From the IMG/VR virus record IMGVR_UViG_3300046543_000050: a stretch of 64,000 nucleotides of DNA, one strand, 5' to 3'. This DNA is from a virus (taxonomy: Duplodnaviria; Heunggongvirae; Uroviricota; Caudoviricetes). This document shows, one piece after another, positions 1-8,872 of the stretch; the first letter of the stretch is position 1, and each line of letters starts with the position of its first letter. The notes under the pieces are model-generated. The model was not told the DNA's origin. It did no database searches and saw only the letters and a list, made by a program, of their open reading frames with translations. A program made the translations under genes and the position numbers.

Positions 1-1
1 C

Positions 2-190
2 TCGTACCTGAACGATGTCGCGGAAGGCGGCGAGACGGTTTTCAGGGGCATCGCGGGCGAAGATGCTATCATCAAGCCCAAACTTGGTCGCACGGTGATC
101 TTCCCGCCGAACTTCATGTTCCCCCACAAGGGCAACAAACCTGTGTCTGGCCCGAAGTACATAGTCAGCCAATACGTGCATTACGTCTAA
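2..190 (+). CDS. 3' fragment of a 2OG-Fe(II) oxygenase (prolyl-4-hydroxylase-like) gene, truncated by the window edge
   Basis: Frame-2 translation ...GGETVFRGIAGEDAIIKPKLGRTVIFPPNFMFPHKGNKPVSGPKYIVSQYVHYV* resembles the C-terminal jelly-roll motif of 2OG oxygenases common in T4-like marine phages. Confidence 0.5.
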   Translation, partial: SYLNDVAEGGETVFRGIAGEDAIIKPKLGRTVIFPPNFMFPHKGNKPVSGPKYIVSQYVHYV

Positions 191-244
191 CACGTATTCC
201 CAAATCTGTGCTATAATGCGGTTTCTTTCCTGAGAGTTCTTCAC

Positions 245-556
245 ATGACCAACGACATCATCAATGCAGCGTTCGAATTTTCCGGCTCACTGTTCGTCCT
301 GAACAACTGCTGGACCCTGTATCGAGACAAGTTGGTCCGTGGTGTCTCACTCCTGACGACTTTGTACTTCACGTCATGGGGCGGATGGAACGTGTTCTAT
401 TATCCCTCCCTCGGTCAACGCTGGTCGTTCATCGCGGGCATGTGCATGTGCACGGCGAATATATTATGGATTTCCTTGATGCTATATTACAAACGTAAAG
501 AAAAGACTCAAGATGTCAAAACTGTTGCAACGACTGCAAGCGCAGTCCACGGTTAA
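245..556 (+). CDS. hypothetical small membrane protein (103 aa)
   Basis: ORF with hydrophobic segments; upstream -10 TATAAT near 213; overlaps the uvsX start by 44 nt. Confidence 0.35.
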   Translation: MTNDIINAAFEFSGSLFVLNNCWTLYRDKLVRGVSLLTTLYFTSWGGWNVFYYPSLGQRWSFIAGMCMCTANILWISLMLYYKRKEKTQDVKTVATTASAVHG

Positions 557-1640
557 AGAAGCTGCGGTCCTCACTGAATCGAAGACGTACAACACGAAGG
601 ACTTGATCAGTACGCCAGTACCGGCGTTCAACGTGGCGTTGTCGGGTAAGCTGAATGGCGGTTTTGCGCCGGGTGTCACGCTGATTGCTGGCCCCTCGCG
701 ACACTTCAAGACCGGCTTCGTTCTCCTGATGATCAAGGCTTATCTGGACAAGTACCCTGACGCAGTTGTGATCTTCTACGACAGCGAATTCGGTACGCCG
801 CAATCGTACTTTGATGCCTTTGGTATCGACACATCGCGCATTCTGCACGTCCCGGTGATGGACATGGAACAGTTCAAGTTCGATGTCATGAACTACTTCG
901 ACGCGAAGAACAAAGACGGCATCAAGCGCGGCGACAAGGTTCTGATTGCAATCGACTCGCTTGGTAATCTGGCATCGCGTAAAGAAGTCGAAGACGCTAC
1001 GAACGAAAAGTCCGTGGCCGACATGACCCGCGCCAAACAGATGAAGTCGATCTTCCGCATGATCACGCCGCACCTTCGTATGAAGGACATCCCGTTGGTC
1101 GGTATTCAGCACACGTACCAGACACAAGAGATGTACGCGAAGACGGTCGTTTCTGGCGGCACTGGCGGCATCTATTCGGCGGATACCATCTTCATCATCG
1201 GTCGTCAGCAAGACACCGAAGGCGAAGGCGCTAAGAAGGTTCTGAACGGCTACGAATTCGTGATCAACGTAGAGAAGTCGCGCTACGTGAAAGAGAAGTC
1301 GAAGATTCCGGTCACGATCAGTTTCACTGGCGGTATGTCGAAGTGGTCGGGCCTGTTCGATTGGGCGATTGAAGGCAAGTTCATTGTGCCGGTCAAGGGC
1401 AACGGACGCTACGCCAAGGTCGATCAAGAGACTGGCGCGGTTGAAGAAACATCGTTCACCCGGAAGGAAACCCACAAGGCCGACTTCTGGTTGCCGATCC
1501 TGACCACGAAGGCGTATCAACAGTTTGTCGAAGATAAGTACAAGCTTGGTGAAGCGAAGATGTTGACCGACGATGAAATCGCCGACATCTTTGAAGACCT
1601 CGAAGAAGTAGAAGTTGAAGATGTAGAGGAAGCGGCATAA
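513..1640 (+). CDS. uvsX: UvsX RecA-like recombinase
   Basis: 375 aa; RecA fold with Walker A-like GPSRHFKTGF; acidic C-terminal tail typical of UvsX; uvsX-(small gene)-41 context as in T4. Confidence 0.9.
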   Translation: MSKLLQRLQAQSTVKEAAVLTESKTYNTKDLISTPVPAFNVALSGKLNGGFAPGVTLIAGPSRHFKTGFVLLMIKAYLDKYPDAVVIFYDSEFGTPQSYFDAFGIDTSRILHVPVMDMEQFKFDVMNYFDAKNKDGIKRGDKVLIAIDSLGNLASRKEVEDATNEKSVADMTRAKQMKSIFRMITPHLRMKDIPLVGIQHTYQTQEMYAKTVVSGGTGGIYSADTIFIIGRQQDTEGEGAKKVLNGYEFVINVEKSRYVKEKSKIPVTISFTGGMSKWSGLFDWAIEGKFIVPVKGNGRYAKVDQETGAVEETSFTRKETHKADFWLPILTTKAYQQFVEDKYKLGEAKMLTDDEIADIFEDLEEVEVEDVEEAA

Positions 1641-1641
1641 C

Positions 1642-1926
1642 ATGGCGCACCCGAATTATGACCTGATCGAACTCGACGGCGAGGAATTCTGGTGCATCAA
1701 GATCAAGTCCGGTGACTATGCGGACGTAATCTACAAGTATGATTACGTCCGATTCATCGAACCGAAGTCTGATGATGACTACGCCACTCTCAAGTTCAAC
1801 TATGAAGTTCTGTATCACGCGGAACTACCCGAAGACAAGTTTGCCAAGAACCCTGCGTTCGAAAACATGCTTGGGGACATCCTACATGATTTGATTTCCA
1901 CTGCCCCCGAACCTGATAAGCAATAA
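1642..1926 (+). CDS. hypothetical protein (94 aa) between uvsX and gene 41
   Basis: Tightly packed ORF; occupies the position of T4 gene 40 but no recognisable similarity. Confidence 0.5.
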   Translation: MAHPNYDLIELDGEEFWCIKIKSGDYADVIYKYDYVRFIEPKSDDDYATLKFNYEVLYHAELPEDKFAKNPAFENMLGDILHDLISTAPEPDKQ

Positions 1927-1929
1927 TAG

Positions 1930-3345
1930 ATGGAACGCATCGAAAAGACGATTCTGCAAGGTTTGATCTACAACGAAGACTACATGCGGAAGGTTTTCCC
2001 CTTCCTCAAGCGTGAGTATTTCGCAGATCAGATTGATGGTCAGATGTACAAAACAATCTCAGGCTTCATCGATCAGTACAACAAGTGCCCGTCGAAGGAA
2101 GCCATTGAGATTTCGCTGCAAAATGATCGTGGGGTCGGAGAAGACACCTACGAAGCATGTATCAATGAACTGAGTGAGTATGCCCCTACAGATACCGTCA
2201 ACGAATTCCTGATCAACGAGACGGAAAAGTTTTGCAAGGAAAGAGCCGTCTACAATGCGATCACCCGTTCGATCCAGATCATGGATGGGAAAGACAAGGA
2301 AGTCGGCGAAGACGGCATCCCTCAGTTGCTTCAAGATGCACTGGCGGTCGCATTCAACAGCAACGTAGGTCACGATTACTTCGCGGATGCAGAGAAGCGA
2401 TTCGAGTTCTATAACCGCGAAGAAGAACGGGTTCCGTTCCATCTGGACCTTCTGAACAAGGTCACGAAGGGTGGTCCGCCCAAGAAGACGTTGACGTGTA
2501 TCCTCGCACCAACTGGCGCGGGTAAGTCACTGTTCATGACGGATTGGGCTTCCTTCTTGGTGTCGAGTGGCTACAACGTCCTGTACATTACGGCGGAAAT
2601 GGCGGAAGAACGCATCGCGGAACGTAATGATGCGAACTTGCTCGATGTCACGCTGGACGATCTGAAGAAGATGGACAAGGATTCGTTCCTTGGTCGCATG
2701 TCCAAGATCACGGCGAAGACGCAAGGCCGATTGTTCATCAAGGAATATCCGACATCATCGGCGCACGTTGGTCACTTCAAATCGTTGTTGAACGAACTAA
2801 AGATCAAGCAGAAGTTTGTCCCCGACATCATCTTCGTGGACTACATCAACATCTGTCTGTCGCAACGATACAAGGCCGGTGGCAATGCCAACAGCTACAC
2901 CATCGTCAAGGCAACGGCTGAAGAACTGCGCGGCATGGCGGTCGAATTTGATGTGCCTATCGTGACGGCCACTCAGGTGAACCGTGATGGTATGGACAAC
3001 AGCGACATCGACATGACGAACACTTCAGAATCGATGGGCTTGCCAATGTCCCTTGACATCTTCTTCGCGTTGATCCCGACTGAAGAACTAGAGAAGATGA
3101 ACCAGATCATGATCAAGCAGTTGAAGAACCGGTTCGGCGACATCAACTACTACAAGCGGTTCGTGGTCGGTATCGACCGGGCAAAGATGCGTCTCTATGA
3201 TGTTGAAACCACGGCGCAAGACGGCATCATGAAAGACGCGGCGGCGAAAGAAGCCAAGTCCGCATATGAGTCCGATGACTTCAAGATGGCACAGGCCAAG
3301 GCAAAACCGAAGTCCGGGTTCGACTTTGATGCGATCAAGTGGTAA
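1930..3345 (+). CDS. 41: gp41 DnaB-like replicative helicase
   Basis: 471 aa; N-terminal helical domain plus Walker A APTGAGKS and RecA-like C-domain; follows uvsX. Confidence 0.9.
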   Translation: MERIEKTILQGLIYNEDYMRKVFPFLKREYFADQIDGQMYKTISGFIDQYNKCPSKEAIEISLQNDRGVGEDTYEACINELSEYAPTDTVNEFLINETEKFCKERAVYNAITRSIQIMDGKDKEVGEDGIPQLLQDALAVAFNSNVGHDYFADAEKRFEFYNREEERVPFHLDLLNKVTKGGPPKKTLTCILAPTGAGKSLFMTDWASFLVSSGYNVLYITAEMAEERIAERNDANLLDVTLDDLKKMDKDSFLGRMSKITAKTQGRLFIKEYPTSSAHVGHFKSLLNELKIKQKFVPDIIFVDYINICLSQRYKAGGNANSYTIVKATAEELRGMAVEFDVPIVTATQVNRDGMDNSDIDMTNTSESMGLPMSLDIFFALIPTEELEKMNQIMIKQLKNRFGDINYYKRFVVGIDRAKMRLYDVETTAQDGIMKDAAAKEAKSAYESDDFKMAQAKAKPKSGFDFDAIKW

Positions 3346-3381
3346 TCCTAAATACTCCCGTAAACACTTTCGGGAGTAGTC

Positions 3382-4056
3382 ATGTACCTTGCACGCAAAA
3401 TCAACAAGCGACTGAAACCGTTATATGACGCTCTGCGGGGTCGTGACACGATCCTGCACTCTGACCTTCGTAAGCTGATCCAGACCGCCATACGCCCGTT
3501 TCAAGCGCGCTGTGTGATGATTGGTGACGCTATCGCCACGGATGATTGTGGGATCAGTGGTGTCTTTGAACCTGAAGACCATCACACTCCGATCAAGATC
3601 GAAGTCCATGTGTCGAAGTTTAGCGACAAGTTGTATCTGTCGGATAAGCTGGTGAGGCACATGGTCTATGCCATCTTTCAATCACTCTCACACGAACTGA
3701 TTCACCAGTACCAGTACCGGTTTAGAGATGACCGCGCGCCGATCATGGCCTATATGCTTGGTGGTGGAGAACCGATGAATGAGAGGCAAGCGTATCTGGC
3801 AGAGATTGATGAAATCGACGCCTATGCACATGACATCGCCATCGAACTATTTCATTTCTTCCCCGGCAACTACATGGACCATCTTCGCAATGGTCGCTAC
3901 ACGAAATCCCTCGCATGGGCGATGTACGTCGAAGCCTTCCACGGAACCGACTGGAAAGACATTCGCAATCGTCTCTACAAGAAGGTTTACGAACACATCA
4001 CCCGGATTCGGGATAACCAAGAAGGATTCACATGTACGATCACTTTCTTTCGCTGA
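3382..4056 (+). CDS. hypothetical protein with HExxH (HELIH) zinc-metallopeptidase-like motif
   Basis: 224 aa; motif SHELIHQYQ; preceded by a stem-loop at 3346-3376. Confidence 0.5.
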   Translation: MYLARKINKRLKPLYDALRGRDTILHSDLRKLIQTAIRPFQARCVMIGDAIATDDCGISGVFEPEDHHTPIKIEVHVSKFSDKLYLSDKLVRHMVYAIFQSLSHELIHQYQYRFRDDRAPIMAYMLGGGEPMNERQAYLAEIDEIDAYAHDIAIELFHFFPGNYMDHLRNGRYTKSLAWAMYVEAFHGTDWKDIRNRLYKKVYEHITRIRDNQEGFTCTITFFR

Positions 4057-4217
4057 TGGACCTGATTCAGATTGCACTCATGTTGGCGGCATGTTACGCT
4101 TGCTACAAACGTGGTCAAAGCGTTGGTGCAACGGCAGTATTGGAAAAGCTTGAAGAACTCGGTGTTGTGCGTCTGCAACGCGCGGGTGATGAAGAAGTAG
4201 AAGACGAAGAAAAGTAG
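4032..4217 (+). CDS. small membrane protein with acidic tail (61 aa)
   Basis: Hydrophobic core ALMLAACYACY then EEVEDEEK tail. Confidence 0.35.
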   Translation: MYDHFLSLMDLIQIALMLAACYACYKRGQSVGATAVLEKLEELGVVRLQRAGDEEVEDEEK

Positions 4218-4225
4218 AGAAAGTA

Positions 4226-4254
4226 GTTGACCAAGTGTGGGAATGAGCGTATAA
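4226..4254 (+). promoter_or_regulatory. sigma70-like promoter TTGACC-N17-TATAAT; the spacer carries TGGGAAT, the reverse complement of the ATTCCCA half-site
   Basis: gttgaccaagtgtgggaatgagcgtataat; drives the tRNA-like RNA locus. Confidence 0.6.
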
Positions 4255-4361
4255 TCACACTTGTTGATTCGATGAAGGCCGCGCGGATTCAAGTACTTCG
4301 GTACTCCGCTCGTCCCGGCGCATGAAGCGCCATTTGAGGCGGTTGGCTTCATCGAATCGCA

Positions 4362-4466
4362 GTGAACGTGGCGAAATTGGTAGACGCGTCTGGCGGATAA
4401 TAGCGGGAAGTCAAAGCCCGTCCATGAAGCCGGAGACAATTGTGGGTTCGAGTCCCGCCGTTCACA
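4362..4466 (+). ncRNA. tRNA-like RNA: tRNA-Leu-type D-arm and canonical T-arm, but an over-long (53 nt) anticodon/variable region
   Basis: 7-bp acceptor GTGAACG/CGTTCAC; D-arm GCGAAATTGGTAGACGC; T-arm GTGGGTTCGAGTCCCGC; internal 6-bp helix TCTGGC/GCCGGA enclosing hairpin GCGGG-AAGTCAAAG-CCCGT; total ~105 nt. Confidence 0.55.
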
Positions 4467-4496
4467 TAATCCCTAAACCTTGTAGAGAAAGTAGAC

Positions 4497-4709
4497 ATGA
4501 AGAAGCAAGCAACCCAGAAGTCGAAGATCGAATCCATTCTGCGTAAAGGCCGTCTCCTGACGCCGACGCAAGCCAAGGCTTACGGCATCACCAAGCCGTC
4601 CGCGCGTGTCTGTGAACTGCGTGACGATGGTCTGAACATCGAAAGCACGACGAACAAATCGGGCAAGTTTGCGTGGAAGATGGGTCAATCGTACCCGTCG
4701 TTCCTGTAA
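4497..4709 (+). CDS. small basic helix-turn-helix DNA-binding protein (70 aa)
   Basis: RBS gagaaagtag; HTH-like segment LTPTQAKAYGITKPSARVCELRDDG. Confidence 0.5.
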   Translation: MKKQATQKSKIESILRKGRLLTPTQAKAYGITKPSARVCELRDDGLNIESTTNKSGKFAWKMGQSYPSFL

Positions 4710-4774
4710 AGCGGTCCTAGACCGTACCGGGGACTTCGGTCCCTGTCACTCACATTCAATCTGAGAAACACCTA

Positions 4775-5206
4775 ATGTCGCAATACCTGTCGTTCGAAGA
4801 AGTTGATGCAAACGTCGCAAATGAAAGCGACATCGAAGTCCTTCGCAGTGGGCTGAATCTTGCCAACGGCCTGATCCGTCAACTGGATTCGACCCTCGCC
4901 GTGATGCTCGAAGCGATTGAAGACCTCGAAGAAGAAAACGACGCACTGGCCGAAGAAGGCGCGGCACTGTTCGATGATGCCGAACGCTACACTCTCCTGA
5001 AGTTCATCCTCCCGAGCATTCTGGAAATCACGGCAACGGTCGGCGCGAACGTCGATGGTGCAGCCGATCTGTTCGGCGGTGTGGACCCGATGCGTCTCGA
5101 TGCGACCCTCGACAAGATGATCTGTAGTGGCGCACTGGAACAACTTCGTGACGAGTTCGAACAGCAAGCCCTCGAAGCGGCAGAAGGTAGCCGGTTGGAC
5201 TACTAA
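4775..5206 (+). CDS. acidic hypothetical protein (143 aa)
   Basis: Long ORF; very acidic helical composition. Confidence 0.5.
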   Translation: MSQYLSFEEVDANVANESDIEVLRSGLNLANGLIRQLDSTLAVMLEAIEDLEEENDALAEEGAALFDDAERYTLLKFILPSILEITATVGANVDGAADLFGGVDPMRLDATLDKMICSGALEQLRDEFEQQALEAAEGSRLDY

Positions 5207-5327
5207 TCTCGATTCAAGCGGCAAGAAGTTACCGGTAAGTGATTGGTAAGGAAAGTAAACGGAGGATGGGAAGCGAAAGGGAACTGATGCCCGAGTATGC
5301 GGATACCCCACCGGCCAACCACACAAA

Positions 5328-5376
5328 AGCCCAAACATGTTTTCTCCGAAAGGGGTTGACACGTTTGGGCTTTTTG
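5328..5376 (+). terminator. rho-independent terminator whose 3' half doubles as the spacer of the next promoter (TTGACA 5356 / TATGAT 5379)
   Basis: AGCCCAAAC...GTTTGGGCT stem plus TTTTT; TTGACA lies in the loop, TATGAT 17 nt downstream. Confidence 0.6.
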
Positions 5377-5416
5377 TTTATGATTCACTCACTGGCTAAA
5401 CAACGGAGCGCACCAA

Positions 5417-6595
5417 ATGACCCAACTGCACATCGCTGAATACCGTGTCGAAGACCTCTACGTCCGCGTCAAGAAGTTCAACAACAAGGCTACGAAGCTT
5501 GGCCTTCCGCTGATCACGGTCGCTCAGACGGGCATCGAAGCCCGCGAATTCACCCGCGAAAACGCTCTGGGCGAACGCGAGAAGTTCTCGATCAACGTTG
5601 TGTCGGTTGAACTGACGGGCGAAATCCCGCGCATCGGCGGTTGGGCGATTCACTCGAAGGTTGAACCGTCGCAAGTGCCGGGTTCGAACTTCGTGTACAC
5701 GCAACCCCACTTCGACGCCGTTGAAGGTCTGCGCACGACGAAGATGATCTGCGAACACTGCAACATGAAACGTGGTCGTTCGCTGGTGTACCTGCTGCAA
5801 AACGTCGAGACGGGCGAACAGAAGTTGGTTGGCAAGTCGTGCCTGAAAGACTTCCTCCCGAACATCGATGTGGGATCGCTGCTGGCCTACCTCGAAAGCT
5901 TCCATACCCTGTCGTCGGGTGACACGTTGGACGAAGATTGCGAACGTGCTCCGCGTGAAGCCTTCGTCTACGGCGTGCGTGACCTGATCGCTGAATCGTT
6001 GGTCCTGATCAAGAAGTGGGGCTACAAGTCGAAGAAGATGGCCCGCGAACTGAATGACGACATGATCGCGACTGTCGAATGGGTTGCCCGGACGAACCCG
6101 AAGGACCGCAAGGAACTGTACCCGGTGGCAGAACTGACGCCGGTGTATGAATCGGGCGAAGTGGAGAAGGTTCTGGCCTTCCTGAATGATCTGAACCCGC
6201 GTGACGACTTCGGTTACAACCTGCAACTGGCAATCAAGCAAGTGAACGCGCCGGTCAAGATGTTCTCGTTCGTGGTCGCTGGCGTGAACATGTACCTGAA
6301 GTCGGTTGAGAAGGCCGCTGAAGCCGCCGTCAAGACGAATGAGTGGGTTGGTACGGTTGGCGAGCGCGTCGTCCTGAAGGGCCTGAAATTGGTCCGCTGC
6401 ACGCCGGTTGAAACGAACTTCGGTATGTCGTTCGTGACGGGCTTCGAAGATGAAGATGGCCGGACGTTCATCTGGTTTGCTTCGAAGAAGATTGGCGATG
6501 TGGGTGAAGTGATGGACCTGAAGACGACGATCAAGAAGCACGATGAATACAAGGGTGTCAAGCAGACTGTAATCACCCGAGCAGCAAAGCAGTAA
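5417..6595 (+). CDS. hypothetical protein (392 aa)
   Basis: RBS aacggagcg; long ORF; Cys pairs CEHC...C...C. Confidence 0.6.
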   Translation: MTQLHIAEYRVEDLYVRVKKFNNKATKLGLPLITVAQTGIEAREFTRENALGEREKFSINVVSVELTGEIPRIGGWAIHSKVEPSQVPGSNFVYTQPHFDAVEGLRTTKMICEHCNMKRGRSLVYLLQNVETGEQKLVGKSCLKDFLPNIDVGSLLAYLESFHTLSSGDTLDEDCERAPREAFVYGVRDLIAESLVLIKKWGYKSKKMARELNDDMIATVEWVARTNPKDRKELYPVAELTPVYESGEVEKVLAFLNDLNPRDDFGYNLQLAIKQVNAPVKMFSFVVAGVNMYLKSVEKAAEAAVKTNEWVGTVGERVVLKGLKLVRCTPVETNFGMSFVTGFEDEDGRTFIWFASKKIGDVGEVMDLKTTIKKHDEYKGVKQTVITRAAKQ

Positions 6596-6601
6596 GGAAC
6601 A

Positions 6602-6630
6602 GGGGAACTTCGGTTCCCTTTTTCTTTTTG
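6602..6630 (+). terminator. rho-independent terminator GGGAAC-TTCG-GTTCCC + T-run
   Basis: Perfect hairpin with cUUCGg tetraloop followed by TTTTTCTTTTT. Confidence 0.7.
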
Positions 6631-6662
6631 GTGAATAAGTAGAGGACTACTGAGGAAGAAAG

Positions 6663-6938
6663 ATGTTACAAGAATGTAAAATTGAAACGGGGAATTGGTA
6701 CTGGAATCGACAGGTGCAATTGCGTCTGTTTGAACTTGGCGTGAAGTGGCCCTTGATCGGGACCAAGACGTTCAACGTGCGCAAGCGTGGGGATTACCTG
6801 TTCCTGACACGGAACCCCATGAGCGATACATGGTGGCTGTCGTGGGGTCGGAAATTCGATTGGGAACGGTGCGATAAGCCAGCAACGACTGCGAAATTGT
6901 TACTGGAATCTTTGAAGTCGGATGTTCAGAAAAGCTAA
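6663..6938 (+). CDS. hypothetical Trp-rich protein (91 aa)
   Basis: ORF after terminator. Confidence 0.4.
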   Translation: MLQECKIETGNWYWNRQVQLRLFELGVKWPLIGTKTFNVRKRGDYLFLTRNPMSDTWWLSWGRKFDWERCDKPATTAKLLLESLKSDVQKS

Positions 6939-7137
6939 ATATTATATGCAATGCACGCACTATTGAACATCATATTTCGCCTGACGGCGACTTCGCTTCG
7001 CTCAGAAGACTAGTTTTATTCGAACTTGTTCTTGAACTAGTTTTTAACTACATGAACCCCGAACAGCATTATATCAATGATGGGGATTCTTGTCAAGATA
7101 AATATTGTCGTTTACAACCACACAAAAGGATACAACC

Positions 7138-7656
7138 ATGTCTTCATGGACACTCTCAACTCCCCCAACGTTCCGTCCTGACGCGGTTGCATCCGCCAAA
7201 GGTTGGGTACACCCGGTTACGGGCGAAGTACTTGTCACGATCCGCGCTCTGACCACGAAGAACGTCGATGCACTCGTTGTGCCGACCTTCACGCTGGCAG
7301 TCCCGGCAAACGCCACGTATCACGCTGGCGACACCCTGACGTTCACTGTGACATCGACTGAAGCTATGTCGGTTTCCGGTACGCCGTCAATCGACCTGAC
7401 TATCGGCGCGAACACCCGTCAAGCACAGTTCGTCAGTCTCGACGCAACGTTCAAGATTCTCACGTTCACCTACGTTCTCGTGGCTGGCGATGTTCCGAAT
7501 ACGGGCATCACTGTGGCGAACACGATTGACCTGAATACGGTCGGCAAGGGCAAGTCGAAGGTCGTTGATGTGGTCGCTGGTTCGGGTGGTCAGCCTGTGG
7601 CCGCTGCTGCACTCACATTCACGGTTCCGGCTACTACGGGCATCGTGACCGCGTAA
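7138..7656 (+). CDS. Thr/Val-rich beta-rich protein, possible Ig-like virion-decoration protein
   Basis: RBS aaaagga; upstream 200-bp AT-rich leader with late-type GATAAATA at ~7095; composition typical of Ig-like (Hoc-like) domains. Confidence 0.5.
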   Translation: MSSWTLSTPPTFRPDAVASAKGWVHPVTGEVLVTIRALTTKNVDALVVPTFTLAVPANATYHAGDTLTFTVTSTEAMSVSGTPSIDLTIGANTRQAQFVSLDATFKILTFTYVLVAGDVPNTGITVANTIDLNTVGKGKSKVVDVVAGSGGQPVAAAALTFTVPATTGIVTA

Positions 7657-7665
7657 TAAAAGAAG

Positions 7666-8070
7666 ATGACTAAAGTCGATTTAACTGAAGACAATTTCGA
7701 GTTCTTCGCAATCAAGCATTACGATGATCCTAATTGTTTAGGAGTGCAAGAATTCCGCGAGGACTTGCAACGGTTTAAATACCTGAATCGACTTCTGAAC
7801 AAATTCGAAGAAAGCGGCGAGATGCGGGTCAACCTGATCCTGAACCATCTCGTCGTTCTCTACAATCTATTCAATGACGCCGCGACGAACCTGTTGTTCT
7901 ATCGTGTCGCAGAGAAGCACTGGCCGATACTGGTCCCGTTCCTGATCTATATCAATCGATTGCCTTCGGAGATTCATTTGTCTACGAAGCGTACTCTCCA
8001 TGATAGCGACATCTCCATCAACATGAACGTGGTCACGGCATTGCGCGAATTCAACCGACAAGGTTGTTAG
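7666..8070 (+). CDS. hypothetical protein (134 aa)
   Basis: ORF. Confidence 0.5.
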   Translation: MTKVDLTEDNFEFFAIKHYDDPNCLGVQEFREDLQRFKYLNRLLNKFEESGEMRVNLILNHLVVLYNLFNDAATNLLFYRVAEKHWPILVPFLIYINRLPSEIHLSTKRTLHDSDISINMNVVTALREFNRQGC

Positions 8071-8078
8071 GATACCTC

Positions 8079-8624
8079 ATGCAAACCGCTATTGACGACC
8101 GCATCACACATCGTATCTTGCGCATTCTCACCACGCCGTGGCCCAAGCAGCAAGCATACACATTGGGGATTATCGATGCACACGGAAATCCTCTGCGTAA
8201 ATACAATCAGTTACCAACAAAACATGAAAGAAACTGTTATACGACATTGACTCGATTGTGCTTCCGACTGAAACGTATCATCGAGAAGTCGCCGGTAAAC
8301 AAGCAGTATGTGTCTTACGCTGCGGCACTAGCGTTACTGAAAGAGTGTGCCGACATGGATCACGAACCCGTCGATCTTGAATCAATGTTCTTTGAAGTAC
8401 GTGAGATGGATGGTCTGGATACCGAACTGGTTGAAGCCTTCCTGAATGATGACCTACCCCTAAAGTCATTCATGGTGTTCCGCGAGGATGCGGGTGCTGT
8501 GGCTGGCGGTACTGTTGCCGCAAATGCTACTGGTCCCGCCGTGGCTGGCACAGGCGATGACAACACAACTGTCGTCGTCAAGAAGAAACCTAAAATCCAA
8601 ACACGGAGTAAACCAATCGTATGA
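8079..8624 (+). CDS. hypothetical protein (~181 aa)
   Basis: ATG at 8079 preferred over the TTG at 8064 used by the ORF track. Confidence 0.5.
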   Translation: MQTAIDDRITHRILRILTTPWPKQQAYTLGIIDAHGNPLRKYNQLPTKHERNCYTTLTRLCFRLKRIIEKSPVNKQYVSYAAALALLKECADMDHEPVDLESMFFEVREMDGLDTELVEAFLNDDLPLKSFMVFREDAGAVAGGTVAANATGPAVAGTGDDNTTVVVKKKPKIQTRSKPIV

Positions 8625-8872
8625 AGACCATCATCCATAAGGTGAAAGCATTCTTCTCGAAGAAGCAACCCACGGTGATTCAACCGTTTCAACCGGCAGA
8701 AGTTGTTGCGCCAGTTAAACCGGTAGTACAACCAAAGGAACAGCCGAAGAAGCCTACACCGAAGCGTAAGCCCGGTCCCAAGAAAGAAGTCCCCGGTACG
8801 GTCGCAGTGAAGCCGAAAAGCCCTGCAAGGAAGCGTAGTCCGCGCAAGAAGGTTGATAATCATGGGCGATAA
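8621..8872 (+). CDS. Lys/Pro/Ala-rich histone H1/Hc1-like basic protein (83 aa)
   Basis: KPVVQPKEQPKKPTPKRKPGPKKEVPG...KPKSPARKRSPRKK low-complexity basic repeats. Confidence 0.5.
   Translation: MKTIIHKVKAFFSKKQPTVIQPFQPAEVVAPVKPVVQPKEQPKKPTPKRKPGPKKEVPGTVAVKPKSPARKRSPRKKVDNHGR

Noticed and set aside
516-1643. 375-aa minus-strand ORF exactly antisense to uvsX
   Set aside because: Mirror-frame artefact of a highly expressed conserved gene. UvsX homology on the + strand is unambiguous.
4362-4466. tmRNA, prophage attachment site or integrase-associated tRNA
   Set aside because: There is no tmRNA-like tag reading frame or pseudoknots. There is no integrase, recombinase or direct repeat of the tRNA 3' end elsewhere in the window. 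The context is a lytic T4-like replication module.
5396-6541. 381-aa minus-strand ORF antisense to the 392-aa + gene
   Set aside because: The + strand gene has terminator, promoter, RBS and start. The antisense frame has none.
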